Source of the DNA: Cyanophora paradoxa CCMP329
Taxonomy: Eukaryota; Plantae; Glaucophyta
Direction of reading: 5' to 3'
NCBI GenBank assembly: GCA_004431415.1
Contig: QPMI01000062.1
Coordinates: forward strand, 124,001-188,000
DNA length: 64,000 nucleotides
Shown here: positions 34,012 to 44,354 of the stretch, piece by piece
Numbering within the stretch: the first letter of the stretch is position 1
Layout: the number at the start of each line of letters is the position of its first letter
The notes under the pieces: generated by a model
The model's database searches: none
The model's input: only the letters and a program-made list of their open reading frames with translations
What the model was told of the DNA's origin: nothing
Program-made: the position numbers and the translations under genes

Positions 34012-35016
34012 TTACTCTACTGCGTGGCCGCCGCAGACCCACCGGACCTCGCCGTAGGGGTCCAGCTGCTCGGCGCTGGAGACGGACCGCCAGGTGCACT
34101 GGCACGAGTATGCGAGGTGCCCTGCCGCGGCAGGCCCGTGAGGGGCGAGGGGGAGGGGAGCGAGGGCACGAGGGCGCACCTGGCTTGGGGATGAGGTTTA
34201 CGCGCAGCTTCTCGTAGTCGGGCATATTGTTGCGGAAGAACATATAGTCGCACCGCTGGTGCCAGACACCCTCGAAGCTGCTTACTCTCCAGTCGCACTT
34301 CGTGCACCGCAAATTGCTGCACGTCCTGCAGGCGGGGGCGCGTGAGCTCGCCAGCTGCGCGGGGGCGTGCGACGCGCTTCGCACTTCTGATCCAGAAGGC
34401 TTGTTGTCAGACCCTTCTCCATGCTCGTGCCACCTATGCAAACGGGGAAGCATCTGCAGCGAACTTGAGCTTCCAGAACGCGCGCGCTCCGCCGTGCGCT
34501 CGCACCGCTTGCGCGTGCCACCAGCGATGTTGGGTAATGGAGAAGCATTGGCCGATTTCGTGGGCCCTCCGGGGGCGTGCACGGCAGTTCGGAGGGAGCT
34601 CATGGATTGAGGCTTCGACTGCGGCGCGCTCTTCTCCGAGGAGTATTTGAAAGAGCCGCTCCTCGGCGGCGACTCTATGGTCTTCAGCAGCTCATCTAGG
34701 TCGTCCGTCGGAGCGCTGCCGGATCGAGCCTGCGGGGAACGTGAGCGAATGGCAAGATGCGGGCCCATGCGGTGCGCGAGATCCAGCGCACTCGGTTCGA
34801 TACAACCGCTGGCTCCTTCGTAGATGTCGACAGCGCCTTCGTAGATGTCGACGGCGACGTCGGAGCCGCTGCTAAGCCCGGCATCGAGCGCGGCGGCCTG
34901 TGCGGCCGTCAATCTAGAACGGAGAGGATAGCCTGGCCATGGCGGCGCTTGCACCGCTTTGTTGCGTCGTCATCTAAGCTTTCTAGCTCCTTTAGTAGCG
35001 CATCCACATCGTCCAT
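34012..35016 (-). CDS. CFAP418: Cilia- and flagella-associated protein 418 (C8orf37 homolog)
   Basis: MDDVDALLKELE; DDLDELL; CFPVCIGG; CSNLRCTKCDWRV..WHQRCDYMFFRNNMPDYEKL; YSCQCTWRSV; RWVCGGH. These match the conserved C8orf37 Cys-rich domain. Confidence 0.9.
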
Positions 35017-35438
35017 GCCGCTGCGCACGCCACACGAACGCCAATCTCCTAAGCGGCTGCAGGGGGCGCTGCCAGTCGGGAATTCGCTTCTAAAGACTGG
35101 CTGGCCGGCGCGCGGCTCAACAACCCGGTATTTCGCGTCGAATTCGCGAGCTTTAGCACCAGTCGGAACCTTAGGTGATCGCGTACCCCGGCTGGCCGAA
35201 GGCCGCTTCCTCGCTGAGCCTCGCTGGGCGCACTGGCGGCAATTTGACGGCAACCTTGCGCGCGGTAACATCGATTGTTTGCTTTACCGGCTCCTCCGAT
35301 GCGTCGAGCAAGAAATCGGCCCCGGAAGCACGGTTGCGCGCGCTGAGCTCGAAGACATCTCGCAAGAAGGTTTTTAGACGTAGCTGTGCAGTCTGGACAG
35401 CTCAGAGACGCTCCTAGCTACCCTAGCTAAGCGGTGAA

Positions 35439-38400
35439 ATGCAGCCCCACCCGCCTGAGCCGCGCAAAGGCTCCGTCGGAAGCGGCGGTCGCGCTTCAGC
35501 GGCCTCGCATGCACCGCACCGCAGGAGGAGGTCGTCAGTGCCTCATCCGCACCGCAAGCCCTCGTTGCCGCTGCCCGAGGACCCCGTCGTCGCCAAGCTT
35601 GCCAGAATCAGCGACCAGCTCGAAAGCATGTCCCCTCTGACGAAGCTGGCCGAGGAGCGCATGCGTGCGGTCCAGGTGCGGCGTAGCTGAGCGCCGCCCC
35701 CTATGCCCGATGCTCACGCCGGTCGCAGGAGGCGCTGGACAAGCAGGCCCCCACCGCTCCGGCGTTCCCAACCCACCCCGCCGGCCGCTGGCGCGAGGCG
35801 ATCCGGTCCGCAGCAGCAGCCGCTAGCGCTGCGCTGCCGCCGCCGACCCTCTCCGTAGGCTCGTCATGAAGCAGCGGAAGGAGCAGCGGCTGCGCTCAAT
35901 CGAGACGGTGGACCCCAAGGCGTTCGCCACGATGTTCAAGGGCATCCGCAAGATGCTCGCGAGCTCGATGTCGGCCTCGGTCCACACGGGTGCGGGGGTC
36001 GGGGCGGCGCTGGGGCGGGCCGCGCGCGGCGGGCGCCGACGGCGGGGCTGGCGGGGCGGGGCGCAGAGCTGACGTCGAAGAAGGCGCTGCTGGGGAACGT
36101 GCAGGCGGGGGAGTACGCTTATTTCCGCTACTTCGTGTCGGACAACCGCCAGGCCCTCTCCATCGAGCTCCAGGCGCGCGTCGGCGGGGCGGGGCGGGGC
36201 GGGGCGGGGGGCCCCGGGCCTGCGCTCACGGGGCGGGGCGGGGCGCGCAGGTGACGAAGGGCAGCGCCCGCCTCTTCATGTCGGAGACGGAGCCGGAGCC
36301 GAGCGCGCAGCGGAGCACGTGGAGCGGGCGCCGCGGGGCCGACGCCGACGGGCGCGAGATCGTCTCGCTGGACTCGAGCGACGCGAGGTTCCGGGTGGGG
36401 CCCTGCTACATCGCCGTCCTCGGCGTGCGCGCCGCCGCCTTCCGCATCGCCGCCAAGTCCGAGCCCATCCTCGCCCTCGCCGACGGCAGGCGCGCCCCGC
36501 CCCGCCCCGCCCCGCCCCGCCCCGCGAGTGACGCGGCGCCGGCTCACCGGGCGGGGCGGCAGGCCGGAGAGCGGGCAGGTGAAGCCCGGGCAGGGGGCCT
36601 TCTTCAAGTACCGCGTGGACGAGCAGTACGCCAACCTCCAGATCGAGGGTGCCCCGAGCGCCTCGCGCACGCCCCGCCGGCCCCTCCTCACGGGGCGCAG
36701 TGCGGGCGACGGAGGGGGACGCGGATCTCTACGTGAGCAACGCGCACTTCTTCCCGACGCACGAGAACTTCATCTGGAAGTCCGCCGGCGAGGGCGACGA
36801 CACCGTCTCCATCAGCCACTCGGACCCCAACTTCCGCCCCGGCTGGTGCGCCCGCCGCCGGCGCCGCCCCGGCTGCAGCCGGCCGCCGGCCGCCGACGCT
36901 GGCGCGCAGGTACTACGTCTCGGTGTTCGGGTTCACGCAGACGGTCTTCACGGTGACGGCACGCTCCCTGCGCGACCGCGGCGCCGGCTTCGGGGCGTGG
37001 CGCCCCGCGGAGCTCGCGCCGCCGCGCAAGACGGACAAGCTGGTGGCGCGGCTGGAGGCGCAGCTGGCGGAGCTGCGGCAGAGCGACCTGCTGCGCGCGC
37101 GCCACGCGGAGGCCGTCGCCGGCGCCCGCGTCGAGTGGCGCGCCTCCTTCGACGAGGACATCCTCCGCCGCAACCGCGCCGCCGCCGCCGCGCCGCGCCC
37201 GCCGCCCCGCCCCCGCCCAAGCACAGGCGGAGGCGGAGGCGGCGCCGGCCGGCGACCCCGAGACGTCCCGCAAGCCCAAGAAGAAGAAGAAGAAGCGCCG
37301 CTCGGTCGTGCGCCCCGCGCCACGGGCCGCCCGTGCCATCGCCTGCCGACACCGGGGGCGGTGCGGGGCGGCAGGTGATCGCGACGCGGGAGATGGTGGA
37401 GCGGCAGCGCGCCCTCCTCTGGATCGTCGCCGCCGGCGCCCGCGCCGGCGCCATGATGCGCGCCCTCCGCGTGCGCCCCGCCGCCCCGCCCCGCGCCCCG
37501 TCCCGCAGCTCGCCGCCTGAGGCGGGCGCAGGAGCGGAGGGGGAGGGTGCCGGAGGCGGTGGAGGTGGAGGACAACGTCGACTGGTCGGCCCCGCTCTCC
37601 CCACACAGCGGCTACTCCCGCGCCTCCCGCGCCACCCGCCGCTCCTCCGCGCTCCCGGGGGGCGAGGGCGGCGCCGGCTCGTCCGGCTCGCCGGGCCCCG
37701 GGGCCGGGAGCGAGTCGTCGAGCGAGCTGAGCGAGCTCGGGGTCGACCCCGACGAGGTCCTCATCTACCGCCGCCAATCCACGTTCGGCGACTTGATGGC
37801 CGACATCGTGCGCGCCCCCGGCCCGGCGCCCCTCGAGCGCTGCACCCCCCGACGCCGCCCCGCAGCTGGCCGTGGAGAGGGCGCGCTCCCGCCGCACCTC
37901 CGCCCTCGGGCACGACGACGCGGTCTCTTCGCACGGCGCCTCCCACGGCGCCCTGTCCACCGCCTCCGCCCCGCACCACCCGAGGCCCCGCCGCCCGCCG
38001 CCCCCGAGCCCCGCCCGCCCCGCCCTTGAGGAGCCGGCCCCGCCCTCGCCGCCAGCCGCCCCGCGCACGAACCGCCCTACCTCCCGCGCCTCTCAGCCCG
38101 CCTCCCGCCCGCCTCCCGCCCCGCCTCTCGCCCCGCCTCTCGCCCCGCCTCTCGCCCCGCCTCCGCCCCGCCTCTCGCCCCGCCTCTCGCCCCGCCTCTC
38201 GCCCCGCCTCTCGCCCCGCCTCTCGCCCCGCCTCTCGCCCCGCCTCTCGCCCCGCATCCCCGCCGCCGGCGTGCCCGCCCCTCCCCCGACGGAAAGCGCC
38301 CCCGAAGAGGCGGACGCTGCTGGGGAGCGGGCGGCCGCTGCTGCGGAGCCGGGGGCCGGGCCTGAACTCATCCCCCCAACGCCCGCCAACGTCCGCGCCG

Positions 38401-40125
38401 CCCTTCCCGACCTCAGCGATCCGCCGCCGGCCCCGCCCGCCGCCGACCCGTCCCCCGAGCCCGGCCCGCCGGCCCCCGAACGGCGGCCCTCGGAGCCCTC
38501 TCCGGCGCCGGCCGCTGCGGCCTCGCCTCCCCACAGGCGGCTCACAGCGTGCCGGTCCTTGCGATGCCGCCGCGGGGCCGCGGGCCGCCGCCAGCCGGGG
38601 GCCTCGCCCGGTGCCTCCTCTTCCGCCGCCCGCTCCCCGGCCGCCTCCCCTCCCCCGCGCTCTACGGCCGCCGCGCCCGCCCGCCCTCGGGCGGGGAGGG
38701 CGCGGCGACGGCCCGGGGCGCCTCGAGTCGGATGAGGCGGGCGGGGCGCCGCCGGCGGCCTCGCCGCGGACGTCGGGGCCGCCACGGCGCGCGCGGCGGC
38801 CGCCTCGGCGGACGAGGACCGGCCCCGCATCATCGTCCGCACCGCCGCGCCCCCCGCCCCGCGCGACTTCTCCAGCGCGGTGCCCGCCCCCGCCCTCCCG
38901 CCACCTGACCCGGGGGGTGCTGAAGGGGCGCCTCTCCCGCGCGGGGGCAGCACGCGGCGCGGCGGTTCCTGGGGGAGGTGCTGCGCCAGGAGCGGCACCG
39001 CGCGGGGGTGCCGGCCCTCGACGAGCCGCCCCCCGTCCGCACCCTCGAGCGCACCCGCCGCCCTGACCTCGTGCGCCCCTTCTCTCTGTACCCCCGCCGG
39101 CGCTCCCTCCCGCTGAGCGGCGCCGACCGCTGCAGGAGGTGGCGGCGTTCGTGCCCCCCGGGCCGCGGCACCTCTTCTCCTCCGTGCCGCCCCTGGTGCC
39201 CCCCGTGCCGGCCCAAGAAACGGGCGCGGGGGACTGGCGGCGCCTGCGGGCCGGCTTCCGGGGCCCCGAGGAGCCGGCGCGGCACGTCGCCTCGGCGTTC
39301 GCCCCCGCGGATCCGAAGGCGCGCGTGCGGGCCGCCGACACGGGCCCGGAGCGCCTCTACGTGCACGACCCGTTCCGCGACCTCAAGGCCCGCACCCTCG
39401 GCACGGTCAAGAAGACCCGCGTCAAGGACCCGCACCCGCCCCGCGAGGCCGGCAGCGGGCCCGCCCCCGACGAGGCCCGCCCCGCCAGCCGCGGCCCCGC
39501 CGCCTGGAAGCGCCCGCCCTCCGCCTCGGCCGCCGCCGGCACGCCGGCGCCGTCGGCCCCAGCCGCAGGACCCTCCGGGCCCTCTCGCGCCGGCGCTGCA
39601 CGCGGGAGCGGTCGCCTCTCCAGGGCCCTCGGTAAAGCGGCTGCCGGCGCCGGCGCTGCAGGCGCCCGGGCGGCGTCCCCGGCGCCCTCGATCGAGCGCC
39701 TGCCGGAGCGGCGGGAGCCGGGGCCCCGCGAGTCGCTCTACAACTGGGACGTCCTCGCCAGCGACGCGGCGCGCCTCGAGCGGGAGCGGCAGGGGCGGGC
39801 GGCCCTCGCGGCGGCCCTCGCCGGCGGGGTGCCCGCCGAGGACCGCTCCTACTCCCCGATCCAGTGGGAGACGCCGCGGGACGGGGAGGCCCTCGCGCGC
39901 GAGCGCGGCCTCGTGAGCACGCGGCTCGAGGCGAAGCGGACGGTCGCGCTGAGCCGGCGGCACATGTCCCGCACGACGGCCGCCCCGGAGCCCAAGTCCC
40001 TGCAGGGCCTCGCGGGGGCCCTGCGCGCCCCCGCCCCCGCCGCCTCCCACGGGGCCGCCGGCGGGGTCAGCCTCGGCGCCTTCCACGCCGCCCGCTACGA
40101 GGCCTTACGCGTCCCAACTCCCTAG
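35439..40125 (+). CDS. Large unknown protein with two PPC-like (pre-peptidase C-terminal) beta domains and a long Pro/Ala/Ser-rich tail
   Basis: GNVQAGEYAYFRY..GSARLFMS..PCYIAVLG and GQVKPGQGAFFKY..GDADLYVS..PTHENFIWKS..GW|YYVSVFG. The exon chain in the tail is uncertain and could be two genes. Confidence 0.6.
38119..38255. repeat. 12-bp minisatellite (ccccgcctctcg), ~11 copies
   Basis: Directly visible tandem array, with one 11-bp variant unit. Confidence 0.9.
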
Positions 40126-40257
40126 ATCCCACTGTACCCCTCCGCCCCCCTCTCCCCTCGTCCTGCACGCGATAGCTCTGCACAGGCCGCCTAGGGCCCC
40201 CTAACTAACGCGCTACACGAGAAGGTTGGCTTCTCTCACGAGTCTGCCGAGGGCTGC

Positions 40258-43200
40258 TCAGTAGTGGACCCCCGGCGGGGGGTGCGGGAACGGGAGGTGG
40301 AGCACGTGGGGGAAGACGGCGGGCGGGAGGGGGATCGTGGAGGGGAGGGGGATGGGCGGGGGTAGGAAGGGCATCATGGGGTACGCGAACGGGTGGGCTG
40401 GCGGGGGCGGCAGCCCGCCGGGCATCGACACCGGCACCAGCGCATTGGAGAGGCTCGCGACGGGGGAGGATGATGCGGCGGCGGCGGCGGCGGCGGATGA
40501 GCGGCTCCTGGTGGGCGCCGGCTGCTGCGGCGTCGCCGTCTTGCTCTTGTTCTTGGAGCCCGGGGGCCGGCCGCGCTTGCGCTTAACCGGCTGCCCGTCC
40601 GGCCCCACGGGCAATGCGGTTGGCGCCGAGGCGGCGGAGCTCGATGACGCCGTTGGCGGCGCCGAGCTCGACGACGACGCCGCGGCTGCCTTGCTCCCGC
40701 TCGGCCGTCCCTCCTTGCTTCCGCTCGGGCGCCCCTCCGTGCCTTCGCTGGCCTGCTTCTCCTTGCTCGCGCTCGCCTGCCCGTCCGCCGGCTTGGCCTG
40801 CGGCGGGCGTCAGGCGGGTCCCGGCGACGGTCAGGGGAGGCGGCGCGCCTGGGCTGGGCGCCCGGGCTTCTTCTTGGCCGCGTCGCCGCTCGCCGGGGCG
40901 CCGTTCGCCGCCTGCGCCGGCTTGGCGCCGCCGCTCGGCGTGGCGGGGCCCCTGCGCGGCGGTCAGGGCGAGAGTGGCGCGGGTGGCGAGGAGGAGACTC
41001 ACGGCGTCGGGGGTGCGCCCGGCAGCGGGTGCTTCCGCAGCCGGCCCGGCTTCCGCTTGATCGGCTGCCCATCCGGGCCGACGGCTGCCGGCGGATGGGG
41101 CGCCGGCGCGGGCGAAGCGCCCGTCGCAGGCGGCGGCTTCGGCTGCGCGGGGCGGTTCGCCGCGCCGGCGCTGCGGGGCGATGGGGCGGGGAAGCACCTT
41201 GTTCTTGGAGCCCGGGGGCCGGCCGCGCTTGCGCTTCACCGGCTGCCCGTCGGGGCCGAGGGCGACCGGGGTCGCAGCCGAGGGCGACTTGGCGGCGGGC
41301 GTGGGCGGCCTGGGGGACTTGGGCGTCCCCGCCCCCTCCTTCCCCTCCGCCTGCTTCCCCTTCCCGGAGCCCGGCGGCCGCCCCGGGCGCCGCTTCGCCT
41401 CCCCGCCGGCCCCGGCGCTCGGCCCCTCCGCCTTCTTCGGGCGCCCGGGCTTGCGCTTCACCTCGCCCTCCTGCCCCGCCGCCTTCTTCGGCTTCTCGGC
41501 CGGCCTGGCGGCCTGCTTCTCCTTCCTCTTGGGCGCCTCCTCGCTCGTGGCCGACGAGGCCGAGGGGCGGGCCTTCTTCGCGGGGGGCCGCCCCCGCCGC
41601 TTCGGCCGCGGCGTCTCGTCCCCGTCCACGATGCTGTCGTCGTCGCTCCCGCTCCCGCGCTCGCTGTGCCGCCCGCAGTCAGCGCGCCTGCGCAGGGCGG
41701 GGCGGGGCGGGGCGGGGCGGGGCGGGGGCGGCGGCGCCTCGGCTCGAAGGTCGCGTCGCTCTCGCTTCCGTCGTCGTCGCCCCAGCGCTCCAGGGCCCGC
41801 GCCAGCCGCCCGCCCCCGCCCTCCTCCCCGCCCTCCTCCTCCTCGTCCTCTTCCGAGCCAGACCCGCTCCCGCCCCCGCCCCCGCTCCCGCTCTCGTCGC
41901 CGCTGCCGTCCTCGCTGCCGCTGCCGCTGCCGCTGCCGCTCCCACTCCCGCTGCCGCCGCCGCCGTCCTCGCTATCGCTGCCGCTGCCGCTGCCGCTGCC
42001 GTCGCTGCCGCCCTCGCTGCCCTCCTCCTCGTAGTCCTCCTCGCCCTCCGAGGAGGACGCGAAGTCGCCCGCCAGCAGCTCCGCGACTGCGCCCCGCGCC
42101 CGTCAGGCGCAGCACCGGGCCGCGCCAGCCGCCCGCCCGCGCCAACGCACCGCCGGCCCCGGACGACTGCTTCTTCCGCGACGAGTGGCGCGCCTGCGGG
42201 GCCGTGAGGCGCCGCGAGAGGGGCCGCGGGGGCGAGCGGAGAGGCGGGGCGCACGGGGGCAGGCGAGTCGGGCTCGACGCAGTTCTTGTCGGGGACGATC
42301 TGGACGCGCTCGCGGACGAGGGCGTAGAGGGGCTGCACGAGCCCCGTCTCGATCGGCATCGCCTTCTCGCCCCCGTGCTCCCCGCAGTCCATCACCACCT
42401 CCACGCTCCTCGGCGGCTCTGCCCCGCCCCGCCCCCGGCTCGCCCTCGCGCGGGGCCGGCGAGGTGCGCGCGAGGCCGGCGGGCGGGGCGCACTCGCGGG
42501 GAGGATGAGGCGGCCCTCGCGGTTCTCCCGGATGGGGATGCCGCGGAACTGCACCTGCTTCATCTTCGACCACGGGCAGAAGAAAGCCTCGCCCTGCCCG
42601 CGGCCGCGTCAGGCGCGCCCGGGCGGCCCACGGGCGGGGGTAGAGGGTTCGCGCGCCTGCCGCTCGTCGAACATGGCGAGCCCGTTGTCCAGGGGGTACA
42701 CCAGCGTGCTCACCCCCCGCACGTTCAGCGTCTTGGAACGCGACAGGCTGCGCCCGCCGCTCGGCCGCCGCAGGGCGCGGGGCGGGGCGGGCAGAGGCGG
42801 GGCGGCGGCACCTCTCCCACTCTCGGATGGTGCCGAGCGTCTTGCGGGAGATGCGGGAGAGAAACTTCGCGAAGAACTCCGCGATGCCCTCCTCCTCAAT
42901 CATGACGTCGTACTGCCGCCCCCGCGTCAGCCGCGCCACGCGCAGGGCACCCCGGCGGGGGCGCGGGCGGCCGCCGTACTTGCTTCTCCTCCTCCCTGGC
43001 GGGGCGTGAGCGGGGGCGGGGCGAGGGGCGGGCGGGGCGGCGGGCGGACGCGTTGATGGCGAGGCAGAACTCGACCTCGGGCTCGTCCAGGTTCGTCACC
43101 TTGGCGATCAGGATGTGGTACTCCTTTTCCATCACCAGGACGGGCCTCGACAAGTTGATCTGCGCGCGCGCCGCCGCCGCTGAGCCGCTCTCTGATTGAA

Positions 43201-44198
43201 AAAATGGTGCGCACGGGCCGCGCACCATGACGTAAGTCTCATTCTTCGTTGGGAGCATGAGCACGTCCGTCACCCGCTTGTACAGGATCTCCGCGTCGAA
43301 ATTGTTGCCGCCCAGAATCAACTGCAAGCACGCTAAGCTCTCTATCGCACGAAGCGGGCTACCCGGACCTTGTGCTGGAAAATCCGCACGAGGAACCGTT
43401 TGCCGCTGCGTAAATGCGTCTAGCTGCGCTCGAAGCAGACGAGCGCGGACTCTCGCACCGCGGCCTCGGGAAGAGAAGGGTATCGATCTGGCAGCACTCT
43501 GTTGTGCCCGACGCGTCGGGTGTCACTTCCGGCCCATCTGGCGAAGTGCCTCGAGAGTTAGGACGTCATCTCGATATTTGTCGAGAGGGACGCGGAGCGT
43601 ACCTACTATGACATCCTTTTTCAGGAGAGTTTTCAGACTGTCCCGCAGGGACTGGAAGTCCTGTGCGTATGCGGCAGGGCATTCGGCGAGTCGGCGACCG
43701 GTCAGCATCGCTTTGCGCAGGCGAAGAGCCCGCGCGCAGCACCTGTGCCGAGAAACCGGAAAAGCGATGCTCCGACGATGCGTCCGAAGAGCTCCCCCCT
43801 CTAACCGGGTCGGCGACCACTGTTAGGAGAAGGTCCACGCAGTCATTAGGGGGGCGTGTGAAGAACGTCTGCGCGCGAGCACGGGCACAGTAAATGCGTC
43901 TGCCTCGCCCGCGCTGCGACCCTCGCTCCAGCTACACCCCGCGCAGGTGCGCTCGCACCCGCAGGGTAGCGGACGCGATCCTCGAGGCCGGGAGCGTTAC
44001 CTCCCCGCTCAGCTCGCTGGCAAGCTTGCTCCCGTCCTTTGCATGCTGCGGTTTGTACACGACGCTGGCGGAATTTGAATGCAGCTCCACAACTCCCTCC
44101 GCCTCCTGCGGCCCCGCTGATCGGCCGGCGCCGACTCTTGCAGCGGCAAGACTCACCTGCCCCTGCCGGATCTCGTAGCGAACGCCCGGGAAGACCAT
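40258..44198 (-). CDS. Divergent SSRP1/Pob3-like histone chaperone with acidic tract and multiple AT-hooks
   Basis: Spliced N-terminal PH domain (MVFPGVRYEI..GVVEL..VVYK..HRFSGFSAQDFQSLRDSLK). Middle double-PH domain (PRGKRFLVRIFQHKLILGGNNFDAEILY..LMLP..MINLSRP..YHILI..LVYPLDNG..KQVQFRG). Then a D/E/S/G tract and RGRP/PGRP motifs. Confidence 0.75.
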
Positions 44199-44354
44199 CC
44201 CGCGCCCCCTTCCCGTGTACCCAGTCGAGTAGGGGTACGCGTTCGAAAAAAACGAACGTGGCCGTCGGGGCCGTCTTTCCGGCGTTCCTATCGTCAAGTG
44301 TAACAGCGTTCTAACCGCGCACTCCTTGAGCGGAGGCGGCGCGCGTTGCGCACC

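Noticed and set aside
34816-34857. 21-bp tandem repeat in CFAP418
   Set aside because: A simple in-frame STSTK duplication in a disordered linker, with no further significance evident.
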